64,000 bases of DNA from positions 5,890,001-5,954,000 of the forward strand of contig CM022679.1 in assembly GCA_012295275.1 (NCBI GenBank), read 5' to 3'. This document shows, piece by piece, positions 40,591 to 54,000 of this stretch (position 1 is the first letter of the stretch; each line of letters begins with the position of its first letter). The notes under the pieces were generated by a model. The model was not told where the DNA came from and made no database searches. It saw only the letters and a program-made list of their open reading frames with translations. The translations under genes and the position numbers were made by a program. The stretch comes from Chrysomallon squamiferum. Lineage: Eukaryota > Animalia > Mollusca.

Positions 40591-41032
40591 CTGAAATAAA
40601 ATATATCCTATCAATACCTACATTTACAGTTATTAAATTTTCTAAAATGATTTAACTGTGACATTTGTATTTCAGTTCAGTAAAAACTATATGCCTAAAG
40701 AAGATATGGGGATATGAAAAATGAAAAACCCTATTATCCAAGAATCTTGTTAAAATATGCAAATGTTTTGAAATAGAAAAACCAAAATAAGTTATTATAT
40801 AAAAATATGTTTTTCAGTAGTTGTATCTGAATCAAAAACATTTATATAAAGCAAAAAGAAAATATTTAGATCATTATTTTATCTATTTATTATTTTATTA
40901 GATTTATTATTATTTTTTTTCTTTTTATTTTTCTTTTATTTTTTTTAATTATTATTTATATTTTTAAATTTTTATTTTTTTAAAGATGAGAGACACAACT
41001 TTAAGACCCTTTCTGATTTAGGTCACTGATAC

Positions 41033-41077
41033 CTTCAATGATATAATTTCCCCATCTCGTATAGATCTTTTTAAACC
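41033..41077 (-). CDS. Non-collagenous exon GLKRSIRDGEIISLK
   Basis: ttttcag / gtatca, 45 nt, phase 0, open frame; contains RSIR (minimal RxxR convertase site). Confidence 0.8.
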
Positions 41078-41447
41078 CTGAAAACAAACAAATCTATTCA
41101 TTAAAGCAATATTCCAAACTGATTTAACATCACATGTTTAAATTAATCAGATACTTGTATGATACATTAAATAAATAAACAAAATAAAATAAAATAAAAA
41201 AATAAATAATTAATAACAATAATAACAATAACAATAATTTCTCTCCATAATTAAAAAAGTAATAAAAAATGAAATTTAAAAAAACAACCCCAAAATACAC
41301 CAATCCAAAAAAAACAAAGACAATAACAACAAAATAAAAAAATGCACAACCACTCCCCAGCAAAACAAAAAGTCAAATAAAGGTCTATTTATTATATGAA
41401 CCTTAAAAAAAAGTAATTAATTTATATTGTCTGTCATAATCTCATAC

Positions 41448-41519
41448 CTTTGTTCCTGGTAGACCATCAAATCCTGCTAAACCAGGATCACCTTTTATTC
41501 CTTTCTCTCCTCTCTCTCC
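41448..41519 (-). CDS. Collagen exon GERGEKGIKGDPGLAGFDGLPGTK
   Basis: cactcag / gtatga, 72 nt. Confidence 0.92.
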
Positions 41520-41985
41520 CTGAGTGCAGAAAAGATCAAAACATTGATTTGTAGCAACTAATTTATCAGTATTATTAAACTGTAAGATATGAGTAAGTAG
41601 AATAACTGTTAATTGCTGGAGAGTATGCGGGGGAAAAAAAAAGGACTTGTCTTTAATTCATTATCACTATTTATTTATATCTGAAAAATCTTAATGGGTG
41701 TTCTCATTATGGATTAGGCAAGATTAAATTACATTATGAAAACAGCTAACTTGCAATGTGTTACACAAAAACAGTTGGAACTGTCTTATTTCTCTAAGTT
41801 CTTAAGTTCTTAACCTATTAAACCATGCTAAAAAATCAGACAAGAGTTATCTTTGTATTTTTATATTATTTAGTATGTTTTAGTTACATGATAATACATC
41901 CATTAACAAAATTAATTGTGTATAAAGAATATTACAGACTTATATAAACTAATTTTTATTAATACATAAAATATAATACTCTTAC

Positions 41986-42021
41986 CATATCTCCTTTGTC
42001 CCCTTTTGGTCCTGGTAGACC
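41986..42021 (-). CDS. Collagen exon GLPGPKGDKGDM
   Basis: gtatag / gtaaga, 36 nt. Confidence 0.9.
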
Positions 42022-42313
42022 CTATACAAATTAAGAATAAGATTCTTCATTACTTGTAATACAACGTTTTAAATTTTAATTTATGTTTATGTTTTTTTGA
42101 ACAATTTAAATAATTATTTTCTTGTATTTCAGTTTTTACCATTATAACAGAAAAGTGGCATTAGAAATTCTTTAGGCAATAACAATAACAATAACAATTT
42201 CATTTAAAAAAAAAAAAAAGAAGTTATTTTTCCTGGGTTTTTTTTCTTTTTTAATCTTTATTATTTTTTTTTGGATGTAAAAGATCATGAGTAATTATCA
42301 AAGTATATCTTAC

Positions 42314-42349
42314 TGGTAATCCAGTTTTGCCTGGAGGTCCAATAGGACC
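42314..42349 (-). CDS. Collagen exon GPIGPPGKTGLP
   Basis: tttcag / gtaaga, 36 nt. Confidence 0.9.
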
Positions 42350-43560
42350 CTGAAATAAATAAAGGGTGAAATATAAAGCTATCAATGCTTGATTAAGAGC
42401 TGTTTGAATGAAGGAACACTGAAAAATAACTTTTATAAACATAGATTTAAAAGTATTTTAATAAATCAAAGTATTATATTATTGTTGTTAGGAACCAACA
42501 GCATTGCACAGAAAAGAAAAAATGAGGAATGACCAACAAAGGAATACAGAAATATTATTAACATGCTTCAAAACAAACATTTATAAACATTGTTATGTCA
42601 ATAATAGTAACTATTAACTTTATTATTGCATAAAGAGTTAAATAATAATAATAGAAAAATTAAACATTTTTTTCCTTTGCTGTGAATATAAAGCTTAATT
42701 TAATAATATATAATTTTTAGAAATAATTAATACAATAAAATGTTTAAAAATTAAATTATTTCATTATAATAGCACAAAATAAGTGATAATAGCAAATTAT
42801 TTCCTAATATATAATAAAATATAATACTGAGAAAAGTAATAACTAGTTATGATATTGTTTATATTAACAAAACAAAATATAAACTGAATTTATTTAAAAA
42901 ACAAAAAAACAAAACCTAAGAAACTCCCACCTAATATGTAATTTCCAAACTAAGAGGTTTACGAAAAAATTTGAACATGTAAGCTTTTAAATATAAAAGT
43001 AATTTATCGAAGTACCTAACAAACAAACACTTTATATAAATACTAAACAAGAAATAGGAAAAAAAGGTTTTAATATATATCCAAACATCTGTATCTTTAT
43101 AAGTATTTATTAGTAAAAAATGTATATAGTTTATTTATGTTTTGCTACTAAAACAAATACTTACTTCCCTGATATGACATTATGAAGGCATAACAAAGAT
43201 ACCTTGCAGAGCAGCAGTGAAGTTAAGAATATATATATGATTAAAATGTTATATGACATGTATACACATAAGCTGATTAAGGGTGGTTAAAAATTATGCA
43301 TGCTATAAGCAAATACCAGTTTCAAAAGAACAAGCAAATGTAATGTATATAACCCCCAAAAAGTATTACTTCATTAAAGTGCTTCCAATAATAAAAAATT
43401 GTTCAACATATATGGTTTGAACAGAATACAAAACAAATATAGATTTAGGGAAAAAATTAAATTTTTGAAGTTTATCTATCACAGTTAATTTACAACTAAA
43501 TAATTCTATTATTTACAGTAGCCAGTTTGTCAATACATGAATGCTTGAATATATGAATAG

Positions 43561-43563
<3 letters not shown>

Positions 43564-43598
<35 letters not shown>
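43564..43598. repeat. (GT)n microsatellite
   Basis: Direct; an inverted (CA)n run lies at 44136-44180. Confidence 0.9.
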
Positions 43599-43600
<2 letters not shown>

Positions 43601-43944
43601 TGCTATTACTTTTTAAATTTACTAATATGAAATGTATTTGAAAACTTAGTGAATACAAATTTGAGTAAAATACTGAAAAAACATGGCACATTTATCACTC
43701 TATTCAAACTGCCATAATAACAGTTATGTACAGTAATGAAAAATGTCATTATATGTAACAGCAATGTTTTGATACTAATGTACTTAAAGGCAATTGGTTT
43801 GAAAACATGGTTTTTAAGTGGTCATTGTGAATAGGTTTATCACAGCAATGAACAAGAATTCTAAGAATCCTGTGAAACTTCTTTGAATACCTATAAAGCA
43901 ACAGACCATATTCAATCAATAAAAAGAAAATGGGTTAATAAATT

Positions 43945-43979
<35 letters not shown>

Positions 43980-44133
43980 TTAATATTTGAAAAAATACAA
44001 TGAACTTTAAGATATTTGGAAAGTTGGAAAATTAAAATTTAAAGCATTTCTTTTCTCTCAGTTTTATTTAAATAAAATTGAAATCATTAATGTCATGATA
44101 CACCTGGTTAAAAGAAACTGTAGTTGCCAATTG

Positions 44134-44176
<43 letters not shown>

Positions 44177-44507
44177 ACACATATGCAAACATTTCATTTT
44201 AATTACTTTCATGAAAGAGAATACAGATATACATCTTGTCAGTAATGTAAATACCAAAAAAAATGTATTTGCATTAATTTGTTTCATCAATTTATGTATT
44301 TAGTTTTTTACTGTTTAAATATATTCTGAATAAGTAATAAAAATGTGCATAATCAATTTGATTGTTTCATGCCAAAATGCACTTCCTAAATTTAATTTCA
44401 ATTGCTACAAAGAGAGGAAAGAAAGAGGAAAAAAAGAAAAGTAAATATATAATTCAAAACTGCTACAGTAAAAAGAAAATGTTATGAGATCTCCATTTTT
44501 TACACAC

Positions 44508-44543
44508 CGGAAAGCCTGCATATCCACGAGGACCTTGTGGGCC
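44508..44543 (-). CDS. Collagen exon GPQGPRGYAGFP
   Basis: ttcttccag / gtgtgt, 36 nt. Confidence 0.88.
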
Positions 44544-44918
44544 CTGGAAGAAAGAAAACATTAGTAATTTTAATACTGAATACACCCCAGTACCCCAGTT
44601 TTGCTGGCTTTTTAAAGAAAGTAAATAATTACTGGTATCCTCAGGAATCTGCACTGTTTGAAAATATTTAAAAATCCAGTAAATTTCACATCAGTAAAAA
44701 TATAAAATGATAAAATTAAATCTTTTTAACATATAACTGTACATGTACTTATCTGTTTACATATTTAAGCATTTTTGTTTGAAATATGTTTTATGTTGTT
44801 TTATTGTTGTTTTATTGTTTGTTTTTTTTGTTTTTTTTATCCACCCTTAAATTTTTATAACAAGACATAGAGGTATGATTTTATTTTTGTTTTTATATAT
44901 GTTAATTTATTATTATTG

Positions 44919-44959
<41 letters not shown>

Positions 44960-45710
44960 TTTTTAGCTAAAATATCATTTACATATTAAATTTACTAGAA
45001 AGATATGACATAAAAACAAATTATAATTTTATATTTGATTTGATTTTATTATTTTCATTTATTTATTTATTTTGTTTTTATTTTTATTTTTGTTCATGCT
45101 GTTCTTATACAAAATGCTGAAAACTCAGTACTTGGAATTATAATTAATTTGAAAAACTTGTCATAACACCAAGATAAACAAAATTCTGTTGACAGTTACA
45201 GACACCAACACATGTCAATGCTTTCCTGATCAAAGATTAATGTTTCATTTCATTTCCAGTGCTGAAGACAGCAAAACCACAGAGATTAAGTACAGTAGAC
45301 CAGGGTAAGATAAATCTATCAAAAACATGTTGAGAATGGTTGTGTAATCAGTAATCAATCATTATTTGACTTTTTGTAAACACCTGTAGATTGAAACATA
45401 CCAAACTGCATTGCTGTGTTATATCTTAAAGGTTCTGGCAAAAAAGTAAAAAAATAAAGTAATCCTGAGTGATGAGTTTGTTTTAAGAAAACCATTAATA
45501 TTTTTTCACTTTTTCCTTCTTTTTTTTTTTTTTTTTGTAGTATGTGTGTGTGAACATACACTTTTACATATTTATAAAAAACCAAAATCAAAAAAACATT
45601 CTAAAAAGTTGTTTTTTAAATTTATATTTGTGCTTATTTTTAAAATTTCTTTTTCATAAAGCACTTTGGCAGTAATTATAAATACATTTTATTTATCTCT
45701 GTTACTATTA

Positions 45711-45751
<41 letters not shown>

Positions 45752-46770
45752 TTAAAAGACTATAAGTAATAATAATAATAACAACAACAATAACAACAAC
45801 AGATAAATAAATGATTATGCATGAAATAACATATAACATACTATTAAAGTTTGGTCTTTTGATAATGCAGAAATGTATTTAGGCTGTTTATTTTTTCTTC
45901 AGAAGTATGTTTTATTCTAATTTAATTTACCTCCTATGCTGAATAATTAAATAATAAATAATAAAAAAAAAATTTACATTTTTCTGATATTTAGATGAAA
46001 ACAGTGATTTTTAAAAAAATAACATATATCAATAAACAGTCCTGTTAAAAAAATTTAAAAAAGTAAAAAAGAAACAACAAAAAACCAAAGTCATGAAGAA
46101 AATGTGGAGTGAAAGTTATCTTGGTCCTTTTTGGAAGCACTTTAATATTTGTAACAATTTTTCAAATTATTAGTAACCTGAAAAACAAAATTTTAAAATT
46201 CAAGAACATAAATAGGTTCATTATTAATTTACTGTTTTAGTAAGCCTTTTAATTAAACTTAAGCTGTTTCTAAGATTAACAAAGTTTATTAAGCTAGCCA
46301 TTTAATATTACAATTGGTGTTAATAGAAATGTAGCAGACACCAGATCAATTAATAAAAGCATAAAACACACAATCACCACAATAATGAAAGGTTTTAACT
46401 CCATTTAAAAACAAAAAGAAAAAAAAGAAAAGTTCTCATACCCACCAAAAATCAAGAAAAAAGATGCATTATATAAAAAAAAAAAAAATTAATAATAATA
46501 ATAATGTAGAAGAAAAAATGCATAAATTAATGAAAATTGTTATATGGCAATGGTTTAATAACTTCACCAAAAAAAGGAATATGCTTTCAAAAATAAAGAC
46601 TAAAACAAAAATATGTTTTAACTCCCCCCCCCACCTGAAACAAACCATAACCATCCCCACTCCAAAACACACCTTTTCTTTCTGTTATCTTTTTGGATAG
46701 AATATTTAATATTTCATAACATAAATTACGTACGGATTTGGATAATAAACTTAAAACCTTGGTTAATATA

Positions 46771-46803
<33 letters not shown>

Positions 46804-47229
46804 CAGCATAGATGTTTAAATGTTTAATATTTATATATTTTAATTTATATCATATCATTTAGCATATCATCATTTAAGATATAAACCATGAACTTGTTTT
46901 AAATTTTTGAATTTGTTATTCCATTAAAATGAAATAAGGGGAATAACTCCTAATGTGCTTTACCAAATTAAATACATATTACAGATTTTGTAAAAGTGTC
47001 AAATGGGTTAAAATTACCCACAATCTAGTAACCTTGTTGCAAGCATAATGTGATACATGTGAGTATATAAACCTGTTTAATAGTTATAATTCCTTAACCA
47101 AGCAGATAATATTAAACAGATTAAAGTTTATTACAGATGTCAGTGATCATGTCAAGAATATAATACTAAGATTACATGTTTATATATATAAATGTATTAT
47201 TGATATTTGGGAAAATAAAGATTATGTAC

Positions 47230-47256
47230 CGGAAAACCATTTTCTCCTTTAGGTCC
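47230..47256 (-). CDS. Collagen exon GPKGENGFP
   Basis: ttgcag / gtacat, 27 nt. Confidence 0.88.
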
Positions 47257-47824
47257 CTGCAATAAAAGAAGTTTTCTTTTCTTTCTTGTAATTAAAGAGC
47301 AATCTTTCTTTAAAAGTTGGTACAGAAATCAGAAATGTAAAAATTATTCTCACTGAACAATATAAATACAAAATTTAAAAGAATAAAAAGATGTTTAAGT
47401 ATGTTTGAAGATTATGTGAAATGATTTTTAATGATATTTTTATTTGATCATCTCTGTGTTACTTATAACTCATGTATTTTGTTTCTTTAATATTTAAATA
47501 TTTTGTAATTGTAAGGTAAGATTATACCTAAAATTTAATAAAAACAACAACAAAACAATAATAATAATAATAATAATAATAATAATTTAAACAACAACGA
47601 CAAAAAAAGATAAATAAAATATGGATTTCATTGTTTAATTTTAAGTATCATTTTAAAAAGATTTTTAATAAAAAATAAACTTCTAATGAACTGCTTAAAA
47701 TCTTTCTTTGCATAAATGAAGGATAATTGTAATAAAATTGTCTAAAGTTAAATACTTGCAGGTATGTAAGGTAAACAAATCAAGGAAAAACAGTTTAGCT
47801 AACTCAGTATTTATATTTATTCTT

Positions 47825-47863
<39 letters not shown>

Positions 47864-47992
47864 AGACATATAAATAAAACAATTTTATATACTGTTAATT
47901 TGGATAAAAGTTTGAAAACGATTTATGTAAAATGAAAGAAATAAAAAAAAAGATAAAATCTATGGAAATCAAAAATAAATTTTAAATGTTAC

Positions 47993-48054
47993 CATTGGCC
48001 CACGCTGTCCATGTATTCCCTTTTCTCCAGGTAAACCAGGAATCCCAGGATTTC
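47993..48054 (-). CDS. Collagen exon, (G)NPGIPGLPGEKGIHGQRGPM; starts in phase 1
   Basis: tttttag acceptor, gtaaca donor, 62 nt, Gly-X-Y. Confidence 0.9.
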
Positions 48055-51000
48055 CTAAAAATGAAAGGAAAAAATGATAAATAAATAAATAACAGTCAAA
48101 TAAGATAATAATTATCATTTATTTTAAGTATCACTACATAAGAGTAGTTTTTATTTTCAGTTATTTTAATCATAATCCATTTGTAACTCTCATTAAAAAA
48201 AATACTGAAATAAAACATTTATTGTAAGTATTTACAAGCATGTTTTAAAATGATATAAATACTACATACTCCATGATTTCAGAATGACAATATTTCTAAG
48301 TATTTTTAAAATGTAAGTATCAAATAAATGGTAAATGACATCCAATCTAATTATTTTATGTGTTCTTCTTCCTTTCTTTAATTTCTCTATTTTCAACTAC
48401 TTCTGATGAATATTTAACCAGACTATTTCTGATAGTAATATGTTTGGGGAGTTCTCAAATGAAATAAATTAATGGCTTTTATTATTCTAAATTAATTCAT
48501 ATAATGTATAATTTGACACATATTTTGTGAAAATTAATACGAGTGGATGTTCATCTATATTCTGGCCTAAATACATTTAATAATACATGTACCATGCAAA
48601 TATCTTTTAACAATATCTCTATAGTGGAATTTAATGCTGCAGATATTGAAATAAAATAATACAATTCTTTTTCTTTTTTCCCTTTTTGATGTTAAACTCA
48701 CTGAATAACAGACATTATTTGGAAATGAAGGGAAGAGGTACTGCAAGCTCCATTTATTTTTTTGCTAACATATGTATATATTTTTCTTTTTCTTAATAAT
48801 GCAGCTTATTTCATCTTGAAAGTTTTTTTTTCCCAAGATCTGTTTCTGATACATACATAGTTCTTTTAGTAATTCATATCAAGGGCTTACAAGGTAAAAA
48901 GAGAAAAAAGATTTGCTATACTTTTCAGCTTTATCAGTATTTTGTCATCACCTTCTCAGATGCCCTTTCTATAGACTAAATAAATCAAAGCAATATTATA
49001 TTTCTGGGAAAAAAATTCATAGAAGCCTGAAAATTACTTATTTATTGCTATATCTGTAACTGGAATTTTATCAGATTTAAAAATTATATTTTTTGTTTTT
49101 AAAGCTATTTTTATTTATAGATTAATGAATTGACTTTTGAATTCACACTATGCCACAATAATAATGCATTCAAATGTTAATGTAGTCCTGTTCAATATCC
49201 CACTGTGATAATGCTACAAATTTACAATAAAACTAATTTAAGCAGCATATTAAACTTTTTTGTAGTTCACAGTTACAAAGCCTGCAAACTTCAAATATTT
49301 TTCAGTCAGCTATTTCATCTTGGAGGGTGCTGGAGTTTATTTAAGATATGTTTGTTGTTTGGACAATGTGTTTCAAGTTCTGCTGAGGCATGTGTATTAG
49401 TGTTGATGGGTTAACTGAAATGCTAAAGACCTTGTAATTGCTGGTGTTGAGTGCAGTTCAAATGCCATAACAAACATTAGATGTAGTAGATAAAATGTAG
49501 AACATCTGTATCATTGAAATAATAAATCAGCTGTTTATTTTGTAAAAAGAAAGTAAGAAAATAAATAATAATATGCATCAGTATAAATAAACAAAACACT
49601 GAAGTGGTTAGAAAATAAGAAAAATATGTATGACAAAATCCAAAGAAATATACAGCCTATCATTATAAAATTACATGTCAGAACAATTATAATATATCCA
49701 AAATATCAGATACAAAAATACTTTATTTACCTCTCCAGTTTTCTTCAATATTTGTCATTTCAATCTTTCATGAAATCGTTTGGTTATTGTTAATGGCTAA
49801 CATAAATGGCTATTCATTTTCTATTGGTGTTTATATCTACAAGTCTTAGTTCTTAACTGTTGAAATACCAGTGAAAATATTACATAGAACAACAATAACA
49901 ATAACAACAATAAATAAATAAATAAAAGGAATGACCAAATGTAAAATATATTTTAAAAATCTTTTTTATTTGGAATAAGTTGTAACCATGAGTGGGATAA
50001 CAAACAGATAAATATGAGAGAAATAGACATATATTTTTTTCACTCATTCCTTATGTAATTTCTAGACATAAATATGGCAATATAATTCAAATAATATGTT
50101 CCAGTTTACTGAACAAAATTAATTTTAGACCACCTTGTGGATAAATAGCTGTTGCTTTGACTAAATGTTTCACTTCATCAATACATTTTTGCAAGATATA
50201 AAAATTCACAAATTTATCATTGTTTTATCAGCTGGCAAACAATGCACCTGGTTGAAGAGAATCAAAATGAAACCAATATAGTTCATGCTTATTAACACTT
50301 TATTAACTAAATTGACAACTGACAAAGAAATGACATAGCAATTATTCAATTTCATTTAAATTAAAATATCCAAAAATATTTTTAAATATAAGTAATACGT
50401 AAAAAAAAAAAAGGAACAATAGAAATAGGAATTTTGTAGAATCCTAAAAGTTCAAGAAAATGTTTATGCAAGTTGTTGGTTTTTCACTTTTTATTTACAA
50501 TTTAAAAATATTAAAAAATAGAAAAAGTAAAAATAACCTGAAATAACTAATCTTTTAATTTTAAGCTGTCAAGCTGATTAGATAATGTGTACACAAACAT
50601 TCAGATACCACAAACACACATCATGTCAATTAGTTCTAAATAGGTGCCAAAAGTAAATCCACTGGTGCCCATTATCCAATGATAGCATCATTCATAACAG
50701 ACCAAAGTATTCTGACTGACATACTATCATAATAGTCTGTCAACTGTCAGTTCCATATCTCTTAATAAGCAGACTAAATCCACCTGTAACATATTATCAT
50801 GATTGTAAACTAATTTTCAGAGTTTAAATATTTATAAAAATGTGGTATCTATAAAGTTTAAAATCCACACTTATTTTTTAAATTCATTTTTTTTTTCAAA
50901 GAAAATATGTAGCCACCACTCTGGCTATTCTCAACAATTAGCTGACAAGGACCTTTTATATTCAACTTTCCAAGAATATAAAACATATATGAAGACACTG

Positions 51001-54000
51001 ATGAAGCAAACAGCCTTTGGGTGGAATGAGGACTGAAGAAAACCGATCTTGAAAAACTGAAATTTTGAACTGTAGGCCAGCAGCTATAAATATTATTTAA
51101 ACATTTTGTATTGATTTGTCTAAATACATCCCACAAACTGCTTTAGAAAAAGATCACATCTCTAGAAATAAAATTCCAAATATACCTTTGTCTAATGATC
51201 CAGACACAAAACCCCCAGTATATAAATAACATTTTGGAGATTGTAAGAATTTTTAAAGCTTATCTTCTTCATCTGGAATATATTATGTTAATTTAAAACT
51301 CAATGGTTTGACTTAACCCAAATGGTTTAATCCACAGGAAACAGTGTTAACAGATGTTTGTTCAGAAGTCAGAACATCACATGTTAAAATAAAATTTTAA
51401 GATCTACTGTTCTAAATGTAATAAATTAATAATATAATACACATTATAATAAAACTGCTCTTATAATGATATTATAAGCACATTCCACATAAATAACAAT
51501 AATAACAACAACTATAATCCACATCTAATCCACATGTAATAATATTTTTAAACTTCTTGTTATGAAATAATAGGCTATTCAAATTTTAAAATAAAAAAAA
51601 TATATATATATTTTTATAAAAGATCTTTTTTTTTTTCTTTCTCATTTAATCATTACAAAAATGTTCCTAAAAATATTAATTTAGAATTATATTCTGTACT
51701 CTTTGTCAAATGTTGGAAAATACTCCAACATCAAAAACAATTGTTCCAGTTAGTGTATAACAAAACAAAAAGCTGTCATTAAAATAAATTATAAATTGTT
51801 GTCTGCACAATGAGTGAAAATGTAGTAGGCACCTAAACATTAAAATATATGCAAGATGTTAACATCTAAAAGAATAAAAGAAAGGCATAATTAAAAAAAT
51901 AATAATAATAAAGTAAATAAATAATCTTCTGTATTCACTTACTGCATCCAATTTTAATTTTAAAAATTACATTTTTTTAAATAATTAGATTTAAAAAAAT
52001 TTAAATAAAATATTAACCAGCAACAACAAAATTAATTTAAAAAAAAAAATGTTTGTATCATTAGCAACTGAAATACTATTTATTGAGAAAACACTGAAAT
52101 AAATTTATAAAATGGTACTTTCAGTTCAGAAGTTTGTAGTTTAAAGAATGTTCTGTTTTAACTACAGATGCAGAATGATAAATAAATAAAGTTGCTAAAA
52201 TAGGCAGTTTGTGCAACAGACAATGGTTACGTGAAAGATTCAGAAAAAACAGCCTCATTAAAACATCATTTAATGTATTTTCTGACAAGTTAATATCACA
52301 TTCATGCTAAAGTAGATGGGAGAATGCAACAAGTCGTGCACTCTCATGCTTCAAGACTTAGTTGCAGGAAGGTTGATTCTACATACACGTTCCTTTGTCA
52401 CCCTAAGTAATTGAGCAAAAAGATGGTTTGCATAGCAGAGGAAATTGGTTACAAGAGTATTTTTGGTATTCAGCAAAGAAGTCAAATTAACAAGTGTTTT
52501 CAGTGAACATGTTGCAAACCAGGCTGTTTATAAAAAAATGTTTCATTAAATACATTTGTAATTATAAAAATCAAACTAAAACAATTTACATAAAATTTAG
52601 AATTATAAATTGATTTAACTGAGGATTATTATTTAAAAGTTTAAATAAGAAGAAAGTGCATGTATGGTTATAAAATACAATGTTAAAAAACACAACAAAA
52701 AACCCCATTAATTAAATAAAAATGTGGTAGAAAGATATCATACTATTTATTAAGAAAACTGTGAAATAATTTTAAATTAAGAATGAACAGTGATTTCTCA
52801 CTTTATAATACTGCATATTGTAATGTCTAGACTTCAGTTTTATTCCACAGACCTGGCATTCAATATTTTATCACCATACTGCCAGATACTATATCAAATT
52901 CAAACATCAAAATGTATAAGGAAACTCGAGTACTCTTTAAAATGAAAAAGATAATTTTGTAAATAATAGCACAGAGACTGGAAACACATTTTCAATTATG
53001 GAAAGCCATGTAATTTCTAATATGAATTAGGTGAAATGACAATTCTACTATAGGTCAGTATGTTTCTTAGAGTTCAATGTCCTATCTTTAATTCAGGCAA
53101 AAACTGTAATTCTTTGTTGTCATAAAAATCAAGTAAGTACCAAATGACATTCTGGGACAAAGCCAAGGAAAGTAGAAGGCAGTTTAGAGAACCCTGCTGC
53201 TGCCGAAATTGTCTACTGGAGATATTAATAAGACACAGACCATTAACTAATGACAACAGAGAGGCCTCATTAATTCCATGTCAGTCACTTAGAAATGGTA
53301 ATGATGTTCAATATGGCTGCACATCTCCATCTCACTGCCATCCTGACAACAACAGTAATGGTTATTTTTCTAGGAACTTGGCATGTCTTTAAATTACAAT
53401 TAAGTGACTGATGTTCCTTTCAGTTAGAATATTTCTTTACCAAATTTCCATCTATTAATTCATTTTCTCCTATTATTCAGAAATTTCTTCATTTTAATGT
53501 TTGTTACCCCCATTCCCACTTTTTTCTTTTTTAATTTTTTGCCAAATATTTTATATATGTTTGTCATTACTGTAAAGAAAAATGCATTCCTATATTTATA
53601 ACTATTTTTAAATAGTGATATTATTAAACAGTATAATATCATCTGATATTATATTACATTCTTTATTGGCTATCAGCAAATTATCTTTATCATAAACAGA
53701 TTTGAACAAAACATCTATATTACAAGTTTTAGATACCCATGATGTAAAATTTGTTCTTCATCTTCTTCATTATTATATTTTCAAAACCATTGTGCACATG
53801 TACTCATGTTTATAATAAGAAAACTTGCAAAACAAATAGTTTCTTTATATTTCAAGCATATGTTAACATGTTTTCTAGTCTCAGATTTATAACATTCAGT
53901 ACAATCCACCTTCTGTCTGAGGATATACATCCTTGATGTACTTTGCCTCCTACTTTACAAGAGCATCTGTTCAACATTTAGTGATAACCTTCTGTCTGGA

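Larger units (their letters stand above)
6079..48054 (-). other. Multi-exon gene span (5'-partial): MACIT-type membrane-associated collagen with interrupted triple helices (COL13A1/COL23A1/COL25A1/col-99-like)
   Basis: About 30 minus-strand exons with AG/GT borders, nearly all phase 0, encoding Gly-X-Y. The C-terminal [19 protein letters not shown] matches the MACIT NC4 signature (human COL13A1 [19 protein letters not shown]). N-terminal TM exon not found in the window. Confidence 0.9.

Noticed and set aside
43165-43202. Perfect GTAAGT donor at 43164 with possible acceptors giving a 4-nt or 38-nt exon
   Set aside because: Neither length keeps the frame between phase-0 neighbours; could only be a poison exon and has no other support
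49731-49764. Possible phase 0-to-1 exon IEMTNIEENWRG upstream of exon 48054
   Set aside because: Acceptor lacks a pyrimidine tract and the peptide has no recognisable similarity
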